Origin: Bacteroidetes bacterium 37-13
Lineage (GTDB): Bacteria; Bacteroidota; Bacteroidia; Chitinophagales; LD1
NCBI GenBank assembly: GCA_001897535.1
Contig: MKTC01000021.1
Span: 24,532 to 88,531, forward strand
Reading direction: 5' to 3'
Length of the DNA: 64,000 bases
Shown here: piece by piece, positions 1-9,666 of the stretch
Numbering within the stretch: position 1 is the first letter of the stretch
Layout of the letters: each line of letters begins with the position of its first letter
The notes under the pieces: model-generated
What the model was told of the DNA's origin: nothing
Seen by the model: only the letters and a program-made list of their open reading frames with translations
Databases searched by the model: none
Program-made: the position numbers and the translations under genes

Positions 1-246
1 TCCAGAAGAAACTTTTTTTGCCGTTTTTAATCTCAATTCCAGAAATATCTACTCCGCGGTTTTGTAAAAGTTCTAATTCTTTCATGTCAAAATCATCGCC
101 AATTACAGAAACAATATTTACTTTTTTAGAAAAGAAAGAAGCGCCCCAAGCTATGTAGGTAGCGGCTCCGCCAACAATTTTATCGGTTTTTCCAAAGGGG
201 GTTTCAATAGCATCAAAGGCAACGGTACCAACAGTTAATAAACTCA
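1..246 (-). CDS. PfkB-family carbohydrate kinase, N-terminal 82 codons (gene runs off the left edge)
   Basis: Reverse-strand ATG at 246..244. My own translation, MSLLTVGTVAFDAIETPFGKTDKIVGGAATYIAWGASFFSKKVNIVSVIGDDFDMKELELLQNRGVDISGIE, looks like a ribokinase/PfkB-type N-terminus. It is absent from the ORF track because the window edge truncates it. Confidence 0.7.
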
Positions 247-303
247 TTTTATATTATTTAAAAATTTTCGGGCGCTAAGATTGTGAGATTTATTGAAGAA
301 TTA

Positions 304-311
304 TACATTTG
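304..311 (+). promoter_or_regulatory. Candidate Bacteroidota -7 promoter box (TAnnTTTG) for tRNA-Asn
   Basis: TACATTTG lies 19 nt upstream of the tRNA 5' end. An ATTG at 279-282 sits at about the -33 spacing. Confidence 0.4.
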
Positions 312-329
312 CACCTCCAAAAAGGAAAT

Positions 330-403
330 TCCTCCTTAGCTCAGCTGGTTAGAGCACAAGACTGTTAATCTTGGGGTCCTTGGTTCGAGCCCAAGAGGGG
401 GAG
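330..403 (+). tRNA. tRNA-Asn (anticodon GTT)
   Basis: Hand-folded cloverleaf. The acceptor TCCTCCT pairs with AGGGGGA. D arm is GCTC/GAGC. Anticodon stem is CAAGA/TCTTG with loop CTGTTAA. T arm is CTTGG-TTCGAGC-CCAAG. CCA is not encoded. Confidence 0.9.
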
Positions 404-410
404 CAAGCAG

Positions 411-455
411 AGCGCTCAAATCGTTGAACAGCAATGGTTTGAGCGTTTTCATTTT
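411..455 (+). terminator. Rho-independent terminator after tRNA-Asn
   Basis: Stem CGCTCAAA (413-420) pairs with TTTGAGCG (438-445) and is followed by TTTTCATTTT. Confidence 0.6.
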
Positions 456-476
456 AAACTCCAAACTTCTTTTTCT

Positions 477-704
477 ATGGCTTCGGTTTATATTCTATAT
501 TCAGAAAGCAGTAATAAATTCTATGTTGGCTACACAACTGAAACGGTTGCAAAGAGATTAGAAAAGCACAATAGCGGCTTTTATGAGCATAAATACACAG
601 CAAGAGGAAAGCCTTGGACAGCTTATTTTGAAATAGAATGTGAAAGTGTAAAGCAAGCAGTGGGGATTGAAAAACTGTCTCGTCCTAAAATAGGTTTACA
701 CTAA
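477..704 (+). CDS. GIY-YIG nuclease family protein (short, possibly C-terminally truncated)
   Basis: VYILYS...KFYVGYT...RLEKHN...W is the GIY-YIG core. The tail after GIEK (LSRPKIGLH) does not resemble the basic tail I recall in related small GIY-YIG proteins. Confidence 0.7.
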   Translation: MASVYILYSESSNKFYVGYTTETVAKRLEKHNSGFYEHKYTARGKPWTAYFEIECESVKQAVGIEKLSRPKIGLH

Positions 705-767
705 AAAGTAAACGAAATGGACAAAAAAGCAGCTACTGCTAAAACAGTATTCTGAAAAAAAGCCCTG

Positions 768-803
768 AGAAAGGAACTTTCAGGGCTTTTTGCTATTGGG
801 TGT
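768..803. terminator. Bidirectional hairpin terminator
   Basis: AGCCCTGA (771-778) pairs with TCAGGGCT (790-797). An A-run precedes it and a T-run follows it. Confidence 0.6.
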
Positions 804-909
804 TCATTAACCCAAAAAACATCTATTGCGCAATCTGGGCTTAAGACTCTTTAACCGACAAGAATATGGCATCTGCCAACAAAAATTTGCTGTAAAAATT
901 TAAGTATAG

Positions 910-1812
910 TTACTGTATTTGCACTTTTGCCCAGTTGGTAAAACTACCGTTTGTGCATTTAGAGCGAACCCAAAAATAAGAAACACTTGCTGAACCTGTT
1001 GATATGGCTACTGTTCCGCTTGTGTTGGTTGTTGAGTTAATGGAACCCGGGCTGGAGGAAGATGCTGTGAAAGAATACTCATAATTTAAAGCGCCACTTG
1101 CTGTAAACTGAAAATTGATTTCCATACTGTTTACGCGATAAGCATAAAGATTAGTAGGCATAAGGCATTGCGCTCCACCCGGGTTGTAACTTTGTGGAGC
1201 AAAAAAACTTTTTGGTCCCACCCATTTGCTAAACTTATCGCTGCCGCAATTTCCGCGCACATAAAAATCGTAGGTGGTATTAGCGCTTAGTACTGCTTCG
1301 CTGGTATATCTTTGATTGGTTCTAATCAACTCGCCTTCGCCAAGTTTAAAACCTGTGGGTCCATATTGTATATCGTAGTAATCATTATCACCACTCCAAT
1401 TCCAATAAGGCCCGTTTGAGTTAATGGTTGCAGCTAAATATCTTGGTTCAGAACAATTAGATGTGGTTCCATCAATAACAAATTGAATCGGGTTAGACCA
1501 ATCAGAATAATTTGAAGTGCCGGAGCAAGGAACCCGCAAATAAATATCGTAAGTGCCGTAAGTCAAATTTTCAATTACCGGGTTTGTTATCAAAACGGTC
1601 TGTTTGGTGCCATTGCCCAATTTAAACCCCGCTGTGCCGTATTCAACTTCAAAAGAAGTATAGTCCGAGCCATAAAGTTCTATTCGGGCATTTACATTTT
1701 CTTTTATTATATTAAAAGACACGCTATTGCAACCTTCTTCTTTTTCGGTATTTTTTTTGCAGGCAGAAAATTGAACTATGCAAACGGTTAGTAGAAACAA
1801 AAACTTCTTCAT
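910..1812 (-). CDS. Lipoprotein with three Fn3-like Cys-bracketed repeats
   Basis: Lipoprotein signal MKKFLFLLTVCIVQFSAC. It contains three modules of about 90 aa, each with the pattern C...Y(G)..GF.LG.G...Y.(Y)VR..C...S.W. Confidence 0.7.
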   Translation of the reverse strand: MKKFLFLLTVCIVQFSACKKNTEKEEGCNSVSFNIIKENVNARIELYGSDYTSFEVEYGTAGFKLGNGTKQTVLITNPVIENLTYGTYDIYLRVPCSGTSNYSDWSNPIQFVIDGTTSNCSEPRYLAATINSNGPYWNWSGDNDYYDIQYGPTGFKLGEGELIRTNQRYTSEAVLSANTTYDFYVRGNCGSDKFSKWVGPKSFFAPQSYNPGGAQCLMPTNLYAYRVNSMEINFQFTASGALNYEYSFTASSSSPGSINSTTNTSGTVAISTGSASVSYFWVRSKCTNGSFTNWAKVQIQ

Positions 1813-1859
1813 AGTGCAAACTTAGCAAAACAACAATAACTTAGCTGCAAAACAAACAG

Positions 1860-2939
1860 ATGCAATCCAACTCTTTCGGTAAACTTTTTTCGATTACCAC
1901 TTTTGGCGAAAGCCACGGTGGCGGTATTGGCGTGGTAATTGACGGCTGCCCGGCAGGATTAGCTATTGATGAAGATTTTATTTCTAAAGAAATGAGCAGG
2001 CGCAAACCCGGGCAATCGGCTATCACAACCCAGCGAAAAGAAGAAGACAAAGTGCAAATTTTAAGTGGCGTTTTTGAAGGTGTTTCTTTAGGAACCCCAA
2101 TTGCTTTGTTTATTGAAAACAGCGATGCACAATCTAAAGACTACGACTATTTGAAGCATAGTTTTCGCCCGTCTCATGCCGATTTTACGTGGCAACAAAA
2201 ATTTGGCATTCGCGATTATCGCGGAGGAGGCAGAAGCAGTGCCCGCGAAACCGCAGCACGTGTAGCAGCCGGAGCAATAGCCAAGTTGCTGTTAAAGCAT
2301 TTTGGCATTACGGTTTCTGCTTATGTTTCGCAAATTGGAGAAGTAAAGCTAAATGCAAATTATAAGCAAGTAGATTTTTCTGCGATAGAAAACAACATCG
2401 TTCGCTGCCCCGATGAAAACACAGCAAACCTTATGATAGACACTATTCAACAAGCCCGCAGCGAAGGCGATACTTTAGGCGGAATAGTAAGCTGTGTAAT
2501 ACAAAATACTCCGGCAGGAATTGGAGAACCTGTTTTCGATAAACTACAAGCAGAACTTGCCAAAGCCATGCTAAGCATCAATGCTGTAAAAGGTTTTGAA
2601 TACGGATCCGGATTTGCCGCTGCCGGCATGAAAGGCAGCCAACACAACGATGCTTTTATTTCAACCGAAAAAGGAATTGAAACAAAAACCAATTTTTCGG
2701 GCGGCATACAAGGCGGCATCAGCAATGGAATGGATATTTATTTTAATGTTGCGTTTAAGCCGGTGGCAACCATTATGCAAAAACAAAATAGTGTTGATGA
2801 AAATGGTAATGCAATAGAATTATCAAATACGGGAAGGCACGACCCGTGTGTGGTTCCGCGTGCCGTGCCTATTGTGGAAGCAATGGCAGCTTTGGTAATT
2901 GCCGATAGAATTTTGTGTAGTAAAGTAAATAAATTGTAA
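1860..2939 (+). CDS. aroC: Chorismate synthase
   Basis: [38 protein letters not shown] and [13 protein letters not shown] are hallmark AroC motifs. Confidence 0.95.
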   Translation: MQSNSFGKLFSITTFGESHGGGIGVVIDGCPAGLAIDEDFISKEMSRRKPGQSAITTQRKEEDKVQILSGVFEGVSLGTPIALFIENSDAQSKDYDYLKHSFRPSHADFTWQQKFGIRDYRGGGRSSARETAARVAAGAIAKLLLKHFGITVSAYVSQIGEVKLNANYKQVDFSAIENNIVRCPDENTANLMIDTIQQARSEGDTLGGIVSCVIQNTPAGIGEPVFDKLQAELAKAMLSINAVKGFEYGSGFAAAGMKGSQHNDAFISTEKGIETKTNFSGGIQGGISNGMDIYFNVAFKPVATIMQKQNSVDENGNAIELSNTGRHDPCVVPRAVPIVEAMAALVIADRILCSKVNKL

Positions 2940-2944
2940 GCATT

Positions 2945-3640
2945 TTAAGCAATAGCAATCGTAGCAATACTCAACTGCAAATTTTCGACTTTGTTTAAGG
3001 TTGTTGCACAAGCTTCTATTGTGGCTCCGGTGGTGAGTACATCATCAACCAATAGCACACTTTTGTCTTTTAAAAGTTGCGGATTATTCAACTCAAAAAC
3101 ACTTGCCACATTATCCAATCGCTGAAATAAATTTTTCTTTGTTTGAGTTTCTGTAGCATGCTTTCGGTGTAGAAACTGAGTATCTGCCTTACAATTAAAA
3201 ACCTTTGCTATTCCTACTGCAAATTGCTGTGATTGGTTGTAACCTCTTTGCCTTTCTTTTTGTGGATGAAGCGGTACGGGAATCACAAAATCAAAATCGC
3301 AACTCATGCTTTCCTTCATTTTTTCCGCAAGCATTTCACCTAAAAAAATACCAAGCTCTTTCTGGTTGCGGTATTTGAGTTCGTGTAATAAATTCTGTAC
3401 TCCGCTATTCTTTACAAAATAAAAAAGAGAACATGCTCGGTGAAAAGCAAAGCGCCCCCACAGGTGCATTTCCATTGAATTGTTTTCTTGCTTCCAGTTT
3501 TGGGTAAAAGGCAGTGAATGCAAACACGCAGTACAAATAAATTCTTGCTTATACGAAAGCGATTGCCCACACGATAAACATAAATTGGGGTACACAATTT
3601 GCAACAGCTCAAACAATCGTTGGCGGAGTTGGGGTTTCAT
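2945..3640 (-). CDS. comF: ComF family phosphoribosyltransferase-like protein
   Basis: N-terminal Cys pairs (CLSCG...CTAC) plus a C-terminal PRTase motif VLLVDDVLTTGAT. I prefer the ATG at 3640 over the TTG at 3676 given in the track. Confidence 0.8.
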   Translation of the reverse strand: MKPQLRQRLFELLQIVYPNLCLSCGQSLSYKQEFICTACLHSLPFTQNWKQENNSMEMHLWGRFAFHRACSLFYFVKNSGVQNLLHELKYRNQKELGIFLGEMLAEKMKESMSCDFDFVIPVPLHPQKERQRGYNQSQQFAVGIAKVFNCKADTQFLHRKHATETQTKKNLFQRLDNVASVFELNNPQLLKDKSVLLVDDVLTTGATIEACATTLNKVENLQLSIATIAIA

Positions 3641-3725
3641 AAATCTAAGATAGTTTAATAGTAACAAAGAACTCAATTTCCTTTCTTAAAATTTTATTAC
3701 TTAGCACGAGTATAAAATAGAAAAA

Positions 3726-5618
3726 ATGGAACAGATTAAAGACTTTAATACCTATAAAACTGCATACCAAAAAAGTATAGAAAATCCGGAAGCATTTTGG
3801 GCAGAAATATCGGAAGAGTTTTTGTGGTATAAGAAATGGGATAAGGTATTAAACTGGAATTTTGAAACTCCGGAAATAAACTGGTTTGATGGCGGCACAA
3901 CCAATATTTGCACAAATGCCATTGATAGAAATCTTGAGAAATTTGGCGATCGAACTGCTATTATTTGGGAACCAAATTCTCCTGATGAGGCAGCTAAAAA
4001 ATTTACCTATCGCGAACTGCACCAAGCAGTTTGCCAATGTGCCAACGCATTGCTGAGTTTAGGAATTGCCAAAGGCGACCGCGTTTGTATTTATATGCCG
4101 ATGGTTCCGGAAGGTGCTATTGCCATGCTTGCCTGCGCAAGAATTGGAGCAATACACTCTACCGTTTTTGCAGGCTTTGCCGTTGAAAGTTTGCGCGATA
4201 GAATAAACGATTCTGAATGTAAATTGCTCATTACTGCCGATGCTTTTCACAGAGGCGAAAAAACGGTGGAATTAAAAACCATTGCAGATGAAGCGCTAAA
4301 GCAAACACCATCTATTCAACATTGCTTGGTTTTTAACCGAACAAATACACCAATCAATTTTGTGCAAGGCCGCGATATTTGGTGGCACGATTTGGTGCCA
4401 CAACAAGCCACAACACACGAGCCGGAACAGATGGAAGCCGAAGCGCCTCTTTTTATTTTATACACTTCAGGCTCTACCGGAAAACCAAAAGGTGTAGTAC
4501 ACACTACCGCAGGCTACATGGTGTTTATGGCTTATACTTTTAAGCAAGTTTTTAATTACCGCGATGGCGAAGTTTTTTTCTGTACTGCCGATATTGGTTG
4601 GATTACAGGACACAGCTACACTATTTACGGGCCACTCCTAAATGGCGGCACCACACTTATGTTTGAAGGTGTTCCAACTTATCCCGACCACGGAAGGTTT
4701 TGGGATATTGTAGATAAGCATAAGGTAAATATTTTATACACCGCACCAACTGCTATTCGTACTTTAGAAATGTTTGGCACAGATATTTTTAAGGCTAAAA
4801 ACCTTAGTTCACTGCGTGTTTTAGGAAGCGTGGGCGAACCTATAAACGAAGAAGCGTGGCATTGGTATTTTGAAAATGCCGGAAAGAAAAATTGCCCCAT
4901 TGTGGACACTTGGTGGCAAACTGAAACAGGTGGAATTTTAATTTCTCCCATAGCAACCGTTACACCTTTAAAGCCTGCATTTGCCACACTTCCATTGCCG
5001 GGCGTTCAACCAATTTTAGTTGATGAAAATGGAAAAGAAGTGGTTGGCAATCCTGCCGAAGGCCGCTTATGTATGAAATTCCCTTGGCCCGGAATGGCAC
5101 GTACACTTTACGGAAACCACGAGCGTTACAAGCAAACTTATTTTTCTACTTATCCGAATTTGTATTTCTCTGGAGATGGTGCTAAGCGCGATGAAAACGG
5201 ATACTACAGAATTACCGGAAGAGTAGATGATGTGATAAACGTGAGTGGACACCGCATCGGCACAGGCGAAGTGGAAGAAGCCATCAATAGCAACGATTTG
5301 GTGGTAGAAAGCGCGGTGGTGGGTTTCCCGCACGATATTAAAGGGCAAGGTTTATACGCTTTTGTAATTTGCAATAGCGATGTAACAGATACTGAAACTT
5401 TAGTAAAGGAAATTAAACACACCGTGAACGAAAGAATAGGTGCTTTTGCACGACCTGATAAAATACAGATTGTGCCTGGTTTGCCTAAAACACGAAGTGG
5501 AAAAATTATGCGCAGAATTTTGCGGAAAATTGCCGAAGGCGACACTTCTAATTTGGGCGATATTTCTACACTAATTGACCCTTCAGTAGTTGAAACAATT
5601 CTAAAAAGTGCGGTGTGA
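3726..5618 (+). CDS. acs: Acetyl-CoA synthetase (acetate--CoA ligase)
   Basis: 630 aa with the AMP-binding motif YTSGSTGKPKG, WWQTETGG and C-terminal PKTRSGKIMRRILRKIA. Confidence 0.95.
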   Translation: MEQIKDFNTYKTAYQKSIENPEAFWAEISEEFLWYKKWDKVLNWNFETPEINWFDGGTTNICTNAIDRNLEKFGDRTAIIWEPNSPDEAAKKFTYRELHQAVCQCANALLSLGIAKGDRVCIYMPMVPEGAIAMLACARIGAIHSTVFAGFAVESLRDRINDSECKLLITADAFHRGEKTVELKTIADEALKQTPSIQHCLVFNRTNTPINFVQGRDIWWHDLVPQQATTHEPEQMEAEAPLFILYTSGSTGKPKGVVHTTAGYMVFMAYTFKQVFNYRDGEVFFCTADIGWITGHSYTIYGPLLNGGTTLMFEGVPTYPDHGRFWDIVDKHKVNILYTAPTAIRTLEMFGTDIFKAKNLSSLRVLGSVGEPINEEAWHWYFENAGKKNCPIVDTWWQTETGGILISPIATVTPLKPAFATLPLPGVQPILVDENGKEVVGNPAEGRLCMKFPWPGMARTLYGNHERYKQTYFSTYPNLYFSGDGAKRDENGYYRITGRVDDVINVSGHRIGTGEVEEAINSNDLVVESAVVGFPHDIKGQGLYAFVICNSDVTDTETLVKEIKHTVNERIGAFARPDKIQIVPGLPKTRSGKIMRRILRKIAEGDTSNLGDISTLIDPSVVETILKSAV

Positions 5619-6131
5619 TTATTCTAAAATTTCGCCACGCTTGCCCAGCTCAATTGCTTCCATGCTTGTTACTTTTTTATTATCAAGTGTAAAGCGCAAC
5701 ATGGTTTTTATTTTATGAAACCCATGAACACCCGCAGCACCCGGATTTAAGCAGAGCATATTGCGATATTTTACATCGCGCATCACGCGCAGAATATGCG
5801 AATGTCCGCAAACAAAAATATCGGGAGGTTTTGCTTGTAAAATATTTCTTACACGCGAACTGTAGTGTTCCGGATAGCCGCCAATATGTGTTATCCAAAC
5901 ATCAAAACCTTCAAGCATAAAACGATTGTCTTCAGGATATTCTGTGCGTAAACGCATATCATCTATATTTCCATAAACAGCGCGAAGAGGTTTAAATTTT
6001 TTCAGTTCATCTAAGAGTTCAATGCCGCCCACATCACCAGCGTGCCAAACTTCGTCCACATCGCTAAAAAACTCAAACACGCGCCTATCTAAAAAGCCAT
6101 GTGTATCTGAAAGCAATCCGATTTTTTTCAC
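5619..6131 (-). CDS. YfcE/MJ0936-type metallophosphoesterase
   Basis: LSDTHG, HAGD, GNID and CGHSH metallophosphoesterase motifs in a 170-aa protein. Confidence 0.85.
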   Translation of the reverse strand: MKKIGLLSDTHGFLDRRVFEFFSDVDEVWHAGDVGGIELLDELKKFKPLRAVYGNIDDMRLRTEYPEDNRFMLEGFDVWITHIGGYPEHYSSRVRNILQAKPPDIFVCGHSHILRVMRDVKYRNMLCLNPGAAGVHGFHKIKTMLRFTLDNKKVTSMEAIELGKRGEILE

Positions 6132-6184
6132 ACAAGTGAAAATAAAATTGTTTCTGAATTCACGGCTTACAACTCACCGTATTT

Positions 6185-7042
6185 TTAAAATGCCTTTAAA
6201 CTTAAATCTAAAGCAATGCTGGAGTGTGTAATTGCACCAACCGAAATATAATCTACCCCTGTTTCTGCATAAGGTTTTATCGTTTCTAAAGTAACGCCTC
6301 CGCTTATTTCTGTTTCAAATTTACCATTTACCATTTTTACGGCTTCTGCTGCTTCTTTAGCCGAAAAATTATCGAACATAATTCGGTGAACACCTTCTTT
6401 TGCAAGCACTTGTTTCACCTCTTCCAAGCTTCTTACTTCAATTTCTACTTTTAGGTTTAAACCCTTAGCTTGTTGGTAGCGCGAAACGGCATCAATGGCA
6501 TTTTCAATTCCGCCACAAAAATCTATGTGGTTATCCTTCAACATAATCATATCGTACAATCCATTGCGGTGGTTGTGCCCGCCACCGATGCGCACCGCCC
6601 ATTTTTCAAAATAGCGAAGCGCAGGAGTTGTTTTGCGAGTATCTAAAATTTTGCATGAAGTGTGGCTTACTGCATCGGTAAATTTTTTGGTGTGTGTAGC
6701 AATGCCACTCATTCGCTGCATAAAATTCAGCAATACTCTTTCGGCTCTAAGTATAGATTTTACTTCGCCATAAATATTAAAAGCCACATTGCCTCTTTTT
6801 ATGTTTGCGCCATCTTCTAAAACGCCATCAAAAATGAGCGATTCATCAACTAAACGGCAAACTTCTTTGGCAACTTCTACACCTGCAAGCACGCCATCGG
6901 CTTTCACCAAAAGGTGCGCTTTTCCTTCTTTTGCTCCAGGTATTGCAGCCAGCGAAGTGTGGTCGCCAGCCGGAATTATTCCGTGTGGGTCAATAATGTC
7001 TTCGTCTAATGCTAATTGGATAAGATTCTGAAATCCGGTCAT
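6185..7042 (-). CDS. nadC: Nicotinate-nucleotide pyrophosphorylase (carboxylating)
   Basis: 285 aa with ERVLLNFMQRMSGIAT, DTRKTTP and LKDNH, which are typical NadC blocks. Confidence 0.9.
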   Translation of the reverse strand: MTGFQNLIQLALDEDIIDPHGIIPAGDHTSLAAIPGAKEGKAHLLVKADGVLAGVEVAKEVCRLVDESLIFDGVLEDGANIKRGNVAFNIYGEVKSILRAERVLLNFMQRMSGIATHTKKFTDAVSHTSCKILDTRKTTPALRYFEKWAVRIGGGHNHRNGLYDMIMLKDNHIDFCGGIENAIDAVSRYQQAKGLNLKVEIEVRSLEEVKQVLAKEGVHRIMFDNFSAKEAAEAVKMVNGKFETEISGGVTLETIKPYAETGVDYISVGAITHSSIALDLSLKAF

Positions 7043-7050
7043 AAATTTTG

Positions 7051-7455
7051 CTATTCTTCTATACGTAACTCGCGAACTAAAAACATTCCGTTGGCGGCTT
7101 TTCCATACGCATAAGTATTGAAATTTCCGTTTGCCGTTTGCAAAGTTCCTACTAAATATTTTGAACCTTCGGGAGAAGTTCCTTGGTGTTTTAATTCAAA
7201 GCCTTTCACACTATTTTTGGTGAAATAATTGCGCAACACGGCTTCTGCTTGTTGCTTGCTGTAGGCTGAAGAATTTTTGCCTAAAGTTAATTCAATGTTT
7301 GCTTCAAAATGCTTGGCAACAGCAGCAGCACTACCGTTTTTTAATCCAGAAATTAGTGCCTCTGTATTTTGTGAATAGGCAGTATATGCAAAAAACACCA
7401 CCAGCAAGGTAAGTATCTGTTTCATAATTGAGGTTGAAAATAAGGATGTTTTCAT
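7051..7455 (-). CDS. Secreted DUF4783-like protein
   Basis: Signal peptide MKQILTLLVVFFAYTAYSQ. The start may instead be at 7425. The small alpha+beta-like sequence resembles the DUF4783 family as I recall it. Confidence 0.6.
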   Translation of the reverse strand: MKTSLFSTSIMKQILTLLVVFFAYTAYSQNTEALISGLKNGSAAAVAKHFEANIELTLGKNSSAYSKQQAEAVLRNYFTKNSVKGFELKHQGTSPEGSKYLVGTLQTANGNFNTYAYGKAANGMFLVRELRIEE

Positions 7456-7519
7456 GGTAATGAAAATTTTATTTTGAAACGTTGGATTTGTACTAAAGCA
7501 CCAAGTTTAATTTTTGCCT

Positions 7520-8401
7520 TTATGCTCGTGGGTGCGCTTGCTTGTGAACACTTTTTAGTTTTTCAATCGTGTTGTGCGTGTAAACTTGTGTGGCTGCGAG
7601 GTTGGCGTGTCCTAAAATTTCTTTAATAGCATTTATTTCTGCGCCTTCGTTTAGCAAATGTGTGGCAAAAGAATGTCGCAAAACGTGTGGGCTTTTCTTT
7701 TCCAAAGTGGTAACGGCAGATAAGTTTTGTTTCACCACAGTATAAATTTCGTGGTCTTTAATTGGCTGTAATTTTTTACCGAAAAAGAGGAAAGGAAATT
7801 GGTATTCCGGCAGTTCTATTTTTCTTTCTTCAATAAATTTTTGAATTTTTTGAACCATGCTTGGGTGAAGCGGAATTAGCCGTTCTTTGCTGCCTTTGCC
7901 AAGCACTTTTATTTGGCTGTTCCACGAATCTAAATCGGCATCTTTTATGTTTCTAAGTTCACTGCGCCTCATGCCGGTAGCGTAAAGCAGTTCTATTATC
8001 AGTTTGTCGCGCTTGCCGAAAATATCATCTGCAAACTCAACTTTATTCAGCAATTTTTCCATGCTGTTTTCTTCAACAAATACAGGTAATTTTTTGCCTA
8101 CTTTTGGCGTAATTACTTTTGCGGTTGGGTTGTTTTGAATTACACCTTTGCGCAGTAAAAATTTATAGAAAGATTTTAGTGAAGAAACTTTTCGGTTTAC
8201 GCTGCGCGCGGTGTCGCCATCTTTCATTAAAGAAACCATCCAATTGCGAATATGAAAGTGCGAAACGGCTTCGAGTGGAGTTTTAAACTGGTCTAAAAAA
8301 ACGGTAAATTGCTCAATATCGTTTCGATATGCCAAAATGGTATTGGGTGAATAGCGTTTTTCAAATTCAATAAAAGCAATAAAAGACAAAAGATGGTTCA
8401 C
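7520..8401 (-). CDS. Tyrosine site-specific recombinase, XerC/XerD-like
   Basis: 293 aa. The C-terminal catalytic region HVLRHSFATHLL...LGHANLAATQVYTH contains the R..H-x-x-R..Y signature. Confidence 0.85.
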   Translation of the reverse strand: MNHLLSFIAFIEFEKRYSPNTILAYRNDIEQFTVFLDQFKTPLEAVSHFHIRNWMVSLMKDGDTARSVNRKVSSLKSFYKFLLRKGVIQNNPTAKVITPKVGKKLPVFVEENSMEKLLNKVEFADDIFGKRDKLIIELLYATGMRRSELRNIKDADLDSWNSQIKVLGKGSKERLIPLHPSMVQKIQKFIEERKIELPEYQFPFLFFGKKLQPIKDHEIYTVVKQNLSAVTTLEKKSPHVLRHSFATHLLNEGAEINAIKEILGHANLAATQVYTHNTIEKLKSVHKQAHPRA

Positions 8402-8643
8402 ACCATAAAGGTAGGAATTATGTTTTTGAATGTTTGCTTTTGTAAACTTGTTTTAGGTGAATGAATAGTTTTAAAAACAGCTACTGCGAAATGCTGATGA
8501 AGATTGCTTTTTAATGGGCGAAAAAACAAGAAAAGTAAACTATTTAGCGGCTTAAACAAGCTGAAAGCAACAAGGAATTTTAAAAACTTTTCTCAAAAAA
8601 TTTTTTTAGAGTAAATATTGTATCATAATTGATGCCGATTAAG

Positions 8644-8651
8644 TATTTTTG
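8644..8651 (+). promoter_or_regulatory. Candidate -7 box (TAnnTTTG) upstream of nuoA
   Basis: TATTTTTG lies 23 nt upstream of the nuoA ATG. The only -33-like element is a weak TTG at 8618-8620. Confidence 0.3.
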
Positions 8652-8673
8652 AGCGATTTTATTAAGTTTTAAT

Positions 8674-9039
8674 ATGGAAAATTCAGTAGTAGGTTATGTC
8701 CCAATTTTAATGCAGTTTGTTTTTGCTGCGGGTTTTGTTGGGGCTACAATTTTAATTTCACATTTTATCGGACCACACCGCAGTTCTAAAACCAAAGATG
8801 CTAACTTTGAGTGCGGTATTGAAATACATGGCAATGCGCGTTTGCCTTTTTCAGTAAAATATTTTTTGGTTGCCATCTTGTTTGTGTTGTTCGATGTGGA
8901 GGTTATTTTTCTTTATCCATGGGCAGTAAACTTCCGCGAAATGGGAATGGACGGCATGTTGAAGATGATTTTGTTTATGGGCATGTTGTTGATAGGCTTG
9001 TACTACATCATTAAAAAGAAAGCTTTAGAGTGGGAATAA
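8674..9039 (+). CDS. nuoA: NADH-quinone oxidoreductase subunit A
   Basis: A 121-aa protein with 3 TM segments, containing YECG-like FECGIE and FDVE motifs. It is the first gene of a nuo run. Confidence 0.9.
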   Translation: MENSVVGYVPILMQFVFAAGFVGATILISHFIGPHRSSKTKDANFECGIEIHGNARLPFSVKYFLVAILFVLFDVEVIFLYPWAVNFREMGMDGMLKMILFMGMLLIGLYYIIKKKALEWE

Positions 9040-9113
9040 ATTTATAGAAATTGCAAGGTTGGTAATACATTAAATTTTGTGATTTCACTACAACAAAAAA
9101 TTGAATAAAAGAG

Positions 9114-9653
9114 ATGAGTAATATTGTTCAAGCACCGGTAATAAACGGAGAAGGTTATCAACTAACACAGTTAGACAAAGTAATTGGCTTGGCACGTAGC
9201 AAAAGCTTGTGGCCATTGCCTTTCGCTACATCTTGTTGTGGTATTGCTTTTATGGCAACAATGGCTTCAACATACGATTTGGCGCGCTTTGGAAGCGAGC
9301 GCCCATCGTTTTCTCCTCGCCAGGCAGATATGCTAATGGTAATGGGAACGATAGCTAAAAAAATGGGTCCCGTGTTGCGCCAAGTTTATGAACAAATGGC
9401 TGAGCCGCGCTGGGTAATTGCTGTTGGCGCATGTGCCACCAGCGGAGGCGTTTTCGATACCTATTCTGTGTTACAAGGAATTGATAAGGTTATTCCGGTT
9501 GATGTATATGTGCCGGGCTGCCCACCGCGACCGGAGCAAATTTTAGATGGAGTAATGAAGCTTCAAGAATTAGTAAAAAACGAGCCAATGCGCAGAAGAA
9601 ACTCTCCGGAATACAAAGCGCTTTTGGCAAGCTATGGCATTGTTGTAAACTAA
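9114..9653 (+). CDS. nuoB: NADH-quinone oxidoreductase subunit B
   Basis: Fe-S ligand motifs [16 protein letters not shown] and PGCPPRPE. Confidence 0.95.
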   Translation: MSNIVQAPVINGEGYQLTQLDKVIGLARSKSLWPLPFATSCCGIAFMATMASTYDLARFGSERPSFSPRQADMLMVMGTIAKKMGPVLRQVYEQMAEPRWVIAVGACATSGGVFDTYSVLQGIDKVIPVDVYVPGCPPRPEQILDGVMKLQELVKNEPMRRRNSPEYKALLASYGIVVN

Positions 9654-9666
9654 AAGAAAATCGCAA

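Noticed and set aside
7520-8401. The tyrosine recombinase as a marker of an integrated mobile element.
   Set aside because: Its size (293 aa) and motifs fit a housekeeping XerC/XerD-type enzyme. Its flanks are core genes (DUF4783/nadC and nuoA). I found no flanking repeats. It is also about 3 kb from the repeat-bounded cassette, with the nuo genes in between.
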